A DNA stretch of 64,000 nt from the NCBI RefSeq assembly GCF_032444005.1, contig NC_091287.1, positions 549,258,001-549,322,000 on the forward strand, written 5' to 3'. Under the pieces are notes generated by a model. It was given only the letters and a program-made list of their open reading frames with translations, was not told the origin of the DNA and did no database searches. Positions 40,057-51,904 of this stretch are shown here, in pieces. Made by a program: the position numbers and the translations under genes. Every line of letters starts with the position of its first letter. The stretch's first letter is position 1. Source of the stretch: Ranitomeya imitator. Its lineage: Eukaryota.

Positions 40057-40805
40057 CCAAACCTAACTTCAGTTGAACATACCAGACCCAAACTTTCAAG
40101 GGTCCACTCACTATACTCTTAATGAATTTGACGCATTTTACTCCCGAGCGCCCTGTATTGAGACTGGTGTACAAAGTGGCAGTCATAACGCGTCGAGGCC
40201 TTTGTGCCATGCTCCACCCCTCAGGTCCTGCATTGAGAAAATTAGCTTTGCCTTGAGTCTTAGTGACTGCAAACCTTCAAATAAAACGTGTTGAGATAAT
40301 AATTCCCATGTTAATACATGTAAATGTTTATGTTTGACTCATCTATTTGCTGTACACATTTACATGGCCTGAGGAATCCGGCACAATTTTCTTACATTTA
40401 GCACTTGTTAGAAAAGAAAAAAAAAAACCAACACATTACGGGCGGCTCATTTAACAGCTCGGCAAAATTTACATGTCAAAGCAAACAGTGTAGGTGTGAG
40501 AGTTATAACACCACTGGATTACAGAATGATGGCTATACAAAAGAAAGAAGAAGGAAACAGACCTTTTACCACCAGCCGGGTCATAATTGTTACTGGTCAG
40601 GGCAGGGGGCATTCTACTTACTAGGGAATGTCTTCGAGAATAAAAGGGGCAAGAGAACCGGATAAAGTAGAAATCTTTTGTAATAAACGCCAGAAATCAC
40701 TTTTTAAAACAATGCTTGTTATATGTAAATTAGTGCTGAAAAGTCATGTGGGTGGTGTCCAGATGAGGAGTCACACTGTCCTGGCTCCAACCCCACCCTC
40801 CTGGC

Positions 40806-42110
40806 TTGAATAGCAACCTTCACAGAACTCTTGGGCACATTCCTCATACTCTGGATGTCACCAGAAGCCTCAAACAAACATTTGGGCATGTCCCTTGTGT
40901 TCTGATGTCACTAGTAGCCTCCACTGAACACTTGTGCATGTCCCTCATGCACTGTATGTCACCTTGCAGGCTCCAAAGTAGTCTTGTGCATGCCCCACAT
41001 GCTCTGTACATCATCAAAAGCCTCCACAGAACACTTGGGAATGTCCCTCTATTAAAGGTGTTCACTAGGTAAGGTGGATCCTCTAAGCCCAAGGTTCGGG
41101 TGGGCAGACGGGCTACAGGCGTCTGAGCAGCAGACAGTTGAGGCACATAGGACACAGTTAGCAGACAAAAGACCGTTAGCGGAGGCACTGAAGGCGGGAG
41201 GCAGACAAGCAACTGAGGAACTAGAAGTTACAGGTACCCAGGAGACATCCTGGAGACCACAGACAGGTTGCAGAAGTACTAGAAGCTGCAGGCGGACAGG
41301 GGACAACCTGGAATTTGCAGGCAAACAGATAGCTGGGGTACTGGAAGCCACAGGCAGACAGAAGAAATCCTGAAGACCGTAGGCAGACAGGTAACTGAAG
41401 AATCAAAGCTGTAGACGGGCAGGAGACATACTCAAGACTGTAGACAGCTTGCAAAGGTACTGAAAGCCGCAGGCAGCCCAGAGACGGCCAGGAGACTGCA
41501 GGCAAGAAGCAAAATTACTAGACGCCGCAGGGGGACAGGAGATATCCTGGAATCCGCATGCGTATAAGTAGCTGAGGAACTGGAAGCCACAGGTGGACAG
41601 GAGACGTCCTGAAGACCATAGACATGTTTCAGAGATACTGAAAGCAACAGGCAGACAGGTAACTGAGGGACTGGAAGATGTAGGTAACCAGGATACATAC
41701 TCAAGAACGCAGACAGGTTGCTGTGCACATACAAACGAAAAGTCTTAAAGTGTGCATCTTAGTAGGCCTTATATAAGCCTAAGAAGCTCAACACATGGAA
41801 GCATGAACAACTTGCAAAGCCCGACGCGGAGCACAGGAAAGTTTAGCAGACCAGAGTGTAGGGAGCAGAGCCAAGACCAGTGACAGGTGTGCAACATCCT
41901 CAATGATCTGTACGTCACCATCAGTATCCACAGAACACTTGAGCATGTCCCTCATACTCTGTACATCACCAGCAGCCTCAACAGATCACTTGGGCATGTG
42001 CCTCATGCTCTGTACGTCACCACCAGCCTCAACAGAACACAGGGGCATTTGCCTCGTGCTCTGGATATCACCGGCAACCTCCAAAGAACACGTGCATGCG
42101 CCATTGACAT
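40806..42110. repeat. Old degenerate ~51-bp tandem repeat (CACAGAACACTTGGGCATGTCCCTCATGCTCTGTACGTCACCAGCAGCCT) split by an 827-bp insertion
   Basis: Related units at 40806-41050 and 41890-42110. Confidence 0.75.
41059..41885 (-). mobile_element. Probable solo LTR
   Basis: TG...CA ends with short inverted termini (TGTTCACT / AGTGACA), TATATAAG at ~41770, and internal degenerate repeats. No clean TSD. Confidence 0.5.
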
Positions 42111-42223
42111 TTTCAATGCGGGCATGCACAATGCAGTTGTACAGTACTCCGCTATACTTCTGAACTTCTTTCTTCAGAACACATTGTAGCTATTCACAGT
42201 ATAGGTTACTGGCTTAAGCATAA

Positions 42224-42845
42224 TGTGACGCACCCGCTGAGCGGGTTGGGGTATACTCGCTTGGCAGCAAAAGTCAACTATACAGGAGCAGATTCTTCCT
42301 TTAAACAAGTTCAACTCAGGTTTATTACAGAATCATAAACCACTCCATAACCCGTGGTAGGGTATGTGAACAATACAGAACCCACAAACAGTCCATTCCA
42401 GTTCGGTTCCATTTGCACAGTTCAAATTCCTGACGTCCGTCAGGACACAAATCCCCAGGCTCGGAGTTACCTGGTTAGCAGCACCTCAAGTTTTCCCCAG
42501 CTTGTCTTCATTTGGCTCCTGTTAGTAGTCCAGATTCTTGGTGCTTCCTGGACCTTCACGAGCTACAGACAGCTCCAGTCTCACACATGGGCCTTCCCCA
42601 TGTGCTGCACACAGGAAATATGTAGTACCTTCCTGTGTTCACAGGAGCACACCCCCTAGGACGTATGTGGTTAACCAGTCCCACCCATCACTATCTGGTT
42701 AACCCTTGAACCCAGTCCATTACCACAAAATGCAAGTTTGTGGGTCTACAAGACCCAAAGACCTGTCCTGGATTCAGATCGCAGCAGAGCTCTGTCTGTG
42801 CGATACATACCTGTCTCTCCATAAACCATTAGTTGGTACATCACA
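42224..42845. mobile_element. Solo LTR, probably Ty3/Gypsy (622 bp)
   Basis: TGTGA...TCACA termini flanked by a perfect 4-bp TSD ATAA (42220-23 and 42846-49). Confidence 0.85.
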
Positions 42846-44024
42846 ATAACCAAGTTGTACATGTCGATGGCACAAGTGCAAGATTTGCTGGTATCATGCA
42901 GATGTTAATTCTGACAACAGCCAGGCCCTGTAAAGAGCCTTATTGTCCTGTCTCAAACCCACTCTTTAGGGTCTTGTTCCTTTTACCACCCTGGCCCTTT
43001 ACTCTGAAGTTTCGAGTCATCTCTTACTAGACCCTGCCCACCAGGATCCAATATTCATTGTTCTTAGGCCCCGCTGTATTTTTTTAAATTTGTTTTAGAC
43101 CCTGCCTTAAATCTGTTGGGGAAATCTGAGCTGCTCTTAGGCCTACGTTACTTTCGGTTCAGCTTCCTGCCGGGCACTAATCCTCTGAGGGCAATCCTCT
43201 GCTTTCAGTCCACCACCAGCATACAGAGATCCTCCCTGGAGGAACAAGCCTCCGGCATAGCTACTTCAAAAGCCAACTGTGGCTTTAATAAGCGTCGCAG
43301 AAAAACACCCCTGCACGCTTTTCCATTGGCGCTTAAACCTCCTTCATGCTTCTCCTACCACCACTCTTGTCACAATTTGGAGGCGCAGTGCACTGTCATC
43401 ACTGTGCATCGGGCATTTTTTCCCAGTGAGAGGGGGCAGCTGCAGGTAGCCAAATCGTTTCATCTGTAATGATCTGTAGTATTGCATGGCAGACATTGAG
43501 ATGAATAACTGTCAATGATAAGGGTCCGACTCGGCCAGATGGGAGCAGCTCTTACGTTTCGCCATGTAACTACGTATAGCCATGCGTATAAGAACGCTTT
43601 GATACTGAGCAGATTTTGAACTTTTGCTGCATTTTTCACTCTCCTCTCGAGCAGCAGTGAGCAAGTGAGATGCATCCAGAGCAATGTGATATTAATCCCC
43701 CAGAACAGAATTTGCAAACAGTGCTAATCTGCCATTCATTATTAATGGACTCGTCTATTATCAAGAAGTTTTACGATCGCCTAAATTAATATTTTACTTC
43801 TTCCAAGAGATGAGAAATGTAATCATATTTTTTAAGCTACAAAAAGTATCATCCTAAAATTATGAACAAAATGATAATTAAGAATCCCGTCCCTTATAAA
43901 TCATGGGTAATAAGAAGTTTTACAAGCTCGGACCTCCAGGCAGAGGACCACAGCACAGCAGCCATGCACCCTACTCACCGTCCTCTACGCCACAAAGGAC
44001 TCGGAGGAGGTAAAGTGGCTGTAC

Positions 44025-44457
44025 ACATAACTGTCAGCCTAACCGACCCATAACATAACTGTCAGCCTAACCGACCCATAACATAACTGTCAGCCTAACC
44101 GACCCATAACATAACCATAACTGTCAGCCTAACCGACCAATAACATAACTGTCAGCCTAACCGACCCATAACATGACTATCAGCCTAACCGACCCATAAC
44201 ATAACTGTCAGCCTAACCGACCCATAACATAACTGTCAGCCTAACCGACCCATAACCTAACCGTGAGCCTAACCGACCCATAACTGTCAGCCTAACCGAC
44301 CCATAACATAACTGTCGGCCTAACCAACCCATAACTCTCAGCCTAACCGACCCATAACATAACTGTCAGCCTAACCAACCCATAACTGTCAGCCTAACCA
44401 ACCCATAACCCAACTGTGAGCCTAACCGACCCATAATATAACTGTCAGCCTAACTGA
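44025..44457. repeat. Short minisatellite, 24-29-bp unit CATAACTGTCAGCCTAACCGACCCATAA
   Basis: Directly visible. Confidence 0.95.
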
Positions 44458-45145
44458 CGCCTCCTCTAGCTCCTCCATACAATTGTATGAATAGTTCTGC
44501 CATCAGCCATCTTTACCAAGTAAGAATCAGCAAAAAGGCGTAGTCTATTTGACACACCTGAATGTCCTCTCTATACAAATATCCAAAGTAGCCAGGAGAG
44601 ACCGTTCTAAACTAAAACATAACTTTTAATACATGTAAATATATAGATTAGAGCAACATATAATCTGATACGGAGCAACTCCCAATAGTCTGTAAACAAT
44701 AAAGCAAGTGGAGTCAAAGAAGGCTCATTTGTATATTACTGTTATAAATAGCCAGGGGGCCGTCTGAAGAAGCCTACGTGAAACGCGCGTAGGGGCTGGC
44801 GTTTCCTCGTCCACACTGCGGCAAACATGGGTGAGGTTCATTCTTTTTAATATCTTTATCATCTGGGAACGATAGCCTTTGCTGTAGTGGCTATTTATAA
44901 CAGTAATAGACATGGTGCTGAGAACTTGAACCTCTGGCCGTTACACATTATGTTTGTGTGGGTGTAGGAACATTTTTACCGTGATCCTTGCACAAATAGT
45001 GAGAAACCCTCCTTTTGTATAACGAACATTTGTATCGATATACTGAGATTGTTTTATGATAATGTATTTAATAAATGTTATACCTTTTTATTCACAAATG
45101 AGCCTTCTTTGACTCCACTTGCTTTATTGTTTATAACTTTTAATA

Positions 45146-46731
45146 CAGTACAGACCAAAAGTTTGGACACACCTTCTCATTTAAAGATTTTTCTGTATTT
45201 TCATGACTATGAAAACGGTACATTCATACTGAACACTATGAATTAACACATGTGGAATTATATACTTAACACAAAAGTGTGAAACAACTGAAATTATGTC
45301 TTATATTCTAGGTTCTTCAAAGTAGCCACCTTTTGCTTTGATGACTGCTTTGCACACACTTGGCATTCTCTTGATGAGCTTCAAGAGGTAGTCACCGGTA
45401 ATGGTTTTCACTTCACAGGTGTGCCCGGTCAGGTTTAATAAGTGGGATTTCTTGCCTTATAAATGGGGTTGGGACCATCAGTTATGTTGTTCAGAAGTCT
45501 GGTGGATACACAGCTGAAAGTCCTACTGAATAGACTGTTAGAATTTGTAATATGGCAAGAAAAAGCAGCTCAGTAAAGAAAAACGAGTGGCCATCATTAC
45601 TTTAAGAAATCTTTGAAACTGTGCCCAAGTGCAGTGGCAAAAACCATCAAGCACTATAAAGAATCTGGCTCACATTAGGAACGACCCAGGAAAGGAAGAC
45701 CAAGAATCACCTCTGCTTCTGAGGATAAGTTTATCCGAGTCACCAGCCTCAGAAATCGCAGCTTAACAGCAGCTCAGATTAGAGACCAGGTCAATGCCAC
45801 ACAGAGTTCTAGCAGCAGACACATCTCTACAACAACTGTTAAGAGGAGACTTTGTGCAGCAGACCTTCATGGTAAAATAGCTGCTAGGAAACCACTGCTA
45901 AGGACAGGCAACAAGCAGAAGAGACTTGTTTGGGCTAAAGAACACAAGGAATGGACATTAGACCAGTGGAAATCTGTGCTTTGGTCTGATTAGTCCAAAT
46001 TTGAGATCTTTGGTACCAACCACCGTGTCTTTGTGCGACGCAGAAAAGGTGAATGGATGGACTCTACATACCTGGTTCCCACCGTGAAGCATGGAGGAGG
46101 AGGTGTGATGGTGTGGGGGTGCTTTGCTGGTGACACTTTTGGGGATTTATTCAAAATTGTAGGCATACTGAACAAGCATGGCTACCATGGCATCTTGCAG
46201 CGGCATGCTATTCCATCCGGTTTGCCTTTAGTTGGACCATCATTTATTTTTCAACAGGACAATGACCCCAAACACACCTCCAGGCTGTGTAATTGCTATT
46301 TGACCAAGAAGGAGAGTGATGGGGTGCTAAGCCAGATGACCTGGCCTCCACAGTCACCAGACCTGAACCTAATCGAGATGGTTGGGGTGAGCTGGACCGC
46401 AGAGTGAAGGCAAAAGGGCCAACAAGTGCTAAGCATCTCTGGGAACTCCTTCAAGATTGTGGGAAAACCATTCCCGGTGACTACCTCTTGAAGCTCATCA
46501 AGAGAATGGCAAGAGTGTGCAAAGCAGTCATCAAAGCAAAAGGTGGCTACATTGAAGAACCTAGAATATAAGACATATTTTCAGTTGTTTCACACTTTTT
46601 TAAGTATATAATTCCACATGTGTTAATTCATAGTTTTGATGCCTTCAGTGTGAATGTACAATTTTCATAGTCATGAAAATACAGAAAAATCTTTAAATGA
46701 GAAGATATGTCCAAACTTTTGGTCTGTACTG
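45146..46731 (+). mobile_element. Full-length but decayed Tc1 transposon
   Basis: TA duplication (45144-45 and 46732-33) and TIR CAGTACAGACCAAAAGTTTGGACA. The transposase remnant at ~45552-46570 ([32 protein letters not shown]) has stops and frameshifts. Confidence 0.93.
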
Positions 46732-49005
46732 TACGTATATCCTTCTAAAAACAATGGATAATTCAAAACAAACAAACCGGTGATAAAGTGCAAAAGGGCT
46801 TATATTTACCAGTGCTCAATAAAACTGGTTTCATCTCACCAAATTGGTAGTCTCTTTCTGCCGGTTGCAGATATGCAGGAGCACATATGACGATTATATG
46901 ACTCAGGGAGAAGGGAAGAGTTTCTACTGTACCCCAGTCGTGCCCCTGCAGTGCTCCTACCCTTACAAGGACAGTCCCCAAGTAAGGCTACTAAATTGTA
47001 CCCACCAAACCATGTAGGATCTCCCTACGCGTTTCCTCCCCCATTCGGGAGATTCATCAGGGGAGAGAAATATGAAAAATGTGGGAATTCAAAAGCTCCT
47101 GCATTGGCAGGTAGCTCACATGTCCAGTCCCACCAGTGTAGGTTTGGACTGGTTTTTTTATGCCTGGTAAGGATGAAATCCCCATTAAGAATGCCCTCCT
47201 TAAGTAGTTTCCTACTTCCCCTTAATTACTTCACGTCTTTCATCATTTCCGGTTTCCACTCATGCACCGGAACGCAAATCACACATACCTCCCGATATCC
47301 ATAATGGCCTCCGGTCCATGAGCCACATCATGGAACGCAGGTACACCGTAAGTGACGGGTGCGCATGTCACCCAATACACGTGCTCTCCTCCCGTCTATG
47401 AACCGCATAATCCAAAGCAGGTCCACCAGAGATAATATGGAACGCGCAACTGCTCACTTTACACGGCTGAACCACAAACAATATCCATCACGGTCAGCCC
47501 AGGAGTAAATAAAGTTTGGCAATGAAACTGCAAATAAAAACACTTATCTATTCAATATCAAGCTGGGAACAAGTTCATATTCCCCATATAGATGTTTATT
47601 TGTATAATTTAATAAAAATATAAATATCTCTCCATATGAACGTGTAAAGTGGGCAGTTGTGCGCTCCATATTATCTTTTCCACTTCCCACATATACATGT
47701 ACGCTCAATTCTGCTGACAGTGATCTTTACAGCATCCTCCATACACATGTATGACCAGTTCCGCCATCAGCCATCTTTTCAGACTCCCACATATATGCAC
47801 ACTCAGTTCTGCTGACAGCGATCTTTTCCACCTCCCACATATACTTGCACAGTGCCTTGCGAAAGTATTCGGCTCCCTGGAACTTTTCGACCTTTTCCCA
47901 CATATCATGCTTCAGTCATACAGATACCAAATGTAAATTTTTGGTGAAGAATCAACAACAAGTGGGACACAATTGTGAAGTTGAATGAAATTTATTGGTT
48001 ATTTAAAATTTTTGTGGAAATTCAAAAACTGAAAAGTGGGGCGTGCAATATTATTCGGCCCCTTTACTTTCAGTGCAGCAAACTCCCTCCAGAAGTTCAT
48101 TGTGGATCTCTGAAGGATCCAATGTTGTCCTAAATGCCTAAAGATGATAAATATAATCCATCTGTGTGTAATCAAGTCTCCGGATAAATGCACCTGCTCT
48201 GTGATAGTCTCAGGGTTCTGTGTGAAGCACAGAGCATCATGAAGACCAAGGAACACAACAGGCAGGTCCGTGATACTGTTGCGGAGAAGATTAAAGCCGG
48301 ATTTGGATACAAAATGATTTCCAAAACTTTAAACATCCAAAGGAGCACTGTGCAAGCGATTATATTGAAATGGAAGGAGTATCATACCACTGCAGATCTA
48401 CCAAGACCCGGCCGTCCCTCTAAACTTTCATCTCAAACAAGGAGAAGACTGATCAGAGATGCAGCCAAGAGGCCCATGATCACTCTGGATGAACTGCAGA
48501 GATCTACAGCTGAGGTGGGACAGTCTGTCCATAGGACAACAATCAGTCGTACACTGCACAAATCTGGCCTTTATGGAAGAGTGGCAAGAAGAAAGCCATT
48601 TCTCAAAGATATCCATAAAAAGTGTTGTTTAAAGCTTACAACAAACCACCTGGGAGACACACCAAACACGTGGAAGAAGGTGCTCTGGACAGAGGAAACC
48701 AAAATCAAACTTTTTGGCAACAATGCCAAAGTATATGTTTGGCGTACAGGCAACACAGCTCATCACCCTGAACATACCATCCCCACTGTCAAACATGGTG
48801 GTGGCAGCATCATGGTTTGGGCCTGCTTTTCTTCAGCAGGTACAGGGAAGATGGTTAAAATTGATGGGAAGATGGATGGAGCCAAATACAGGACCATTCT
48901 TGAAGAAAACCTGTTGGAGTCTGCAAAAGACCTGAGACTGGGACGGAGATTTGTCTTCCAACAAGACAATGTTCCCAAAAATAAAGCAAAATCTACAATG
49001 GAATG

Positions 49006-49472
49006 CCTAGAAGAAGAAAGAGAGATGCACAGCCCTTGAAACAGAGAAAGAAGGTGGCACACAACGAATGTGTATAACAGTCCGAGAGATAGAAATGGAG
49101 GTGCAATCGGCACGAAAAAAGTCCAAGAGAGATCCAACAAAAGAGAAAAAAGCAGATGCACTCACCAAATGCAGTTTCAAGCATCCTTTATTTCAAGCGG
49201 TACATTCTTCACGGCACGGGGGAGTGGAGAGTGAACAAGGAGAGTGCGACAAGTGAGACGACAGCCGTTTCGCGCTACATCAGAGCGCTTCTACGGGTCC
49301 ATAGCTATGGACCCGTAGAAGCGCTCTGATGTAGCGCGAAACGGCCATCTCACCTGTCGCACTCTCCTTGTTCACTCTCCACTCCCCCGTGTCGTGAAGA
49401 ATGTACCGCTTGAAATAAAGGACGCTTGAAACTGCATTTGGTGAGTGCATCTGCTTTTTTCTCTTTTGTTGG
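49006..49472. mobile_element. Penelope-like retroelement fragment with inverted pseudo-LTRs
   Basis: 15-bp TSD ATCTACAATGGAATG (48991-49005 and 49473-49487) and a palindrome at 49130-49476. Each arm has a hammerhead-like motif, AATAAA and a GGTGAGT donor. Confidence 0.7.
49257..49299 (-). ncRNA. Minimal type I hammerhead-ribozyme-like motif with variant core
   Basis: GAC-CCGUAGA-A-GCGCU(cugaugu)AGCGC-GAAA-CGGCUG-UC-GUC. Helix I (GAC/GUC), helix II, GAAA, a near-palindromic helix III and a GUC site are all in register. The core differs from CUGANGA at two positions. Confidence 0.55.
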
Positions 49473-50324
49473 ATCTACAATGGAATGGTTCACAAATAAA
49501 CGTATCCAGGTGTTAGAATGGCCAAGTCAAAGTCCAGACCTCAATCCAATCGAGAATCTGTGGAAAGAGCTGAAAACTGCTGTTCACAAACAATCTCCGT
49601 CAAACCTCACTGAGCTCGAGCTGTTTGTCAAGGAAGAATGGGCAAGAATTTCAGTCTCTCGGTGTACAAAACTGATAGACATACCCCAAGCAACTTGCAG
49701 CTGTAAACGCAGCAAAAGGTGGCGCAACAAAGTATTAAGTTAAAGGGGCAGAATAATATTGCACGCCCCACTTTTCAGTTCCACTTGTTGTTGATTCTTC
49801 ACCAAAAATTTACATTTGTTATCTTTATGTTTGAAGCATGATATGTGGGAAAAAATTGAAAAGTTCCAGGGAGCCGAATACTTTTGCAAGGCACTGTACA
49901 CTCAGTTCTGCTGACAGTGATCTTTTCCACCTCCCACATATACATGCACACTCAGTTCTGCTGACACTGATCTTTTCTACCTCCCACATATACATGTACA
50001 CTCAGTTCTGCTGACACTGATCTTTTCCACCTCCCACATATACATGCACTCAGTTCTGCTGACAGTGATCTTTCCCACCTGCCACATATACATGCACTCA
50101 GTTCTGCTGACAGTGATCTTTTCCACCTCCCACATATGCATGCACAGACACTGATCTTTTCCACCTCACACATATACATGCACACTCAGTTCTGCTGACA
50201 CTGATCTTTTCTACCTCCCACATATACTTGTACACTCAGTTCTGCTGACACTGATCTTTTCCACCTCCCACATATACATGCACTCAGTTCTGCTGACAGT
50301 GATCTTTCCCACCTGCCACATATA

Positions 50325-51904
50325 CAGGTCCTTCTCAAAAAATTAGCATATAGTGTTAAATTTCATTATTTACCATAATGTAATGATTACAATTAAACTT
50401 TCATATATTATAGATTCATTATCCACCAACTGAAATTTGTCAGGTCTTTTATTGTTTTAATACTGATGATTTTGGCATACAACTCCTGATAACCCAAAAA
50501 ACCTGTCTCAATAAATTAGCATATTTCACCCATCCAATCAAATAAAAGTGTTTTTTAATAACAAACAAAAAAACCAACAAATAATAATGTTCAGTTATGC
50601 ACTCAATACTTGGTCGGGAATCCTTTGGCAGAAATGACTGCTTCAATGCGGCGTGGCATGGAGGCAATCAGCCTGTGACACTGCTGAGATGTTATGGAGG
50701 CCCAGGATGATTCAATAGCGGCCTTAAGCTCAACCAGAGTGTTGGGTCTTGCGTCTCTCAACTTTCTCTTCACAATATCCCACAGATTCTCTATGGGGTT
50801 CAGGTCAGGAGAGTTGGCAGGCCAATTGAGCACAGTAATACCATGGTCAGTAAACCATTTACCAGTGGTTTTGGCACTGTGAGCAGGTGCCAGGTCGTGC
50901 TGAAAAATGAAATCTTCATCTCCATAAAGCATTTCAGCCGATGGAAGCATGAAGTGCTCCAAAATCTCCTGATAGCTAGCTGCATTGACCCTGCCCTTGA
51001 TGAAACACAGTGGACCAACACCAGCAGCTGACATGGCACCCCACACCATCACTGACTGTGGGTACTTGACACTGGACTTCAGGCATTTTGGCATTTCCTT
51101 CTCCCCAGTCTTCCTCCAGACTCTGGCACCTTGATTTCCGAATGACATGCAAAATTTGCTTTCATCAGAAAAAAGTACTTGGGACCACTTAGCAACAGTC
51201 CAGTGCTGCTTCTCTGTAGCTCAAAAGTGGCTTTACCTGGGGAATGCGGCACCTGTAGCCCATTTCCTGCACACGCCTGTGCACGGTGGCTCTGGATGTT
51301 TCCACACCAGACTCAGTCCACTGCTTCCTCAGGTTCCCCAAGGTCTGGAATCGGTCCTTCTCCACAATCTTCCTCAGGGTCCGGTCTCCTCTTCTCGTTG
51401 TACAGCGTTTTCTGCCACATTGTTTCCTTCCAACAGACTTACCATTGAGGTGCCTTGATACAGCACTCTGGGAACAGCCTATTTGTTGAGAAATTTCTTT
51501 CTGGGTCTTACCCTCTTGCTTGAGGGTGTCAATGATGGCCTTCTTGACATCTGTCAGGTCGCTAGTCTTACCCATGATGGGGGTTTTGAGTAATGAACCA
51601 GGCAGGGAGTTTATAAAAGCCTCAGGTATCTTTTGCATGTGTTTAGAGTTAATTAGTTGATTCAGAAGATTAGGGTAATAGGTCGTTTAGAGAACCTTTT
51701 CTTGATATGCTAATTTATTGAGACAGGTTTTTTGGGTTATCAGGAGTTGTATGCCAAAATCATCAGTATTAAAACAATAAAAGACCTGACAAATTTCAGT
51801 TGGTGGATAATGAATCTATAATATATGAAAGTTTAATTGTAATCATTACATTATGGTAAATAATGAAATTTAACACTATATGCTAATTTTTTGAGAAGGA
51901 CCTG
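50325..51904 (-). mobile_element. Tc1 transposon, IR/DR type (1580 bp), young but internally deleted
   Basis: TA duplication (50323-24 and 51905-06). ~200-bp TIRs begin CAGGTCCTTCTCAAAAAATTAGCATAT and I see no mismatch between them. Inner DR CTCAATAAATTAGCATAT. Confidence 0.97.
50603..51575 (-). pseudogene. Tc1 DD34E transposase with a frameshifting deletion
   Basis: MGKTSDLTDVKK...QVKPLL, then a short deletion near 51218, then EKQHWTVAKWSQVLFSDES...QHDLAPAH...NPIENLW...KGFPTKY. It is split across ORFs 51189..51638 and 50603..51148. Confidence 0.9.

Larger units (their letters stand above)
48239..49742 (+). pseudogene. Disrupted Tc1 transposase
   Basis: MKTKEHNRQVRD...WTEETK (first catalytic D>E)...QQDNVPKN..KSTME, then a 467-bp insert, then [26 protein letters not shown], with a frameshift near 49680. 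Confidence 0.92.
47850..49896 (+). mobile_element. Tc1 transposon (IR/DR type), inactive, carrying a nested insertion
   Basis: TIR CAGTGCCTTGC(G/A)AAAGTATTCGGCTCCCTGGAACT. The right flank is TA; the left flank reads CA. The right TIR has an internal deletion. Confidence 0.95.

Noticed and set aside
49426-49743. 105-aa ORF beginning MKLHLVSASAF
   Set aside because: It is a chance fusion of the inserted palindrome arm with the Tc1 C-terminus.
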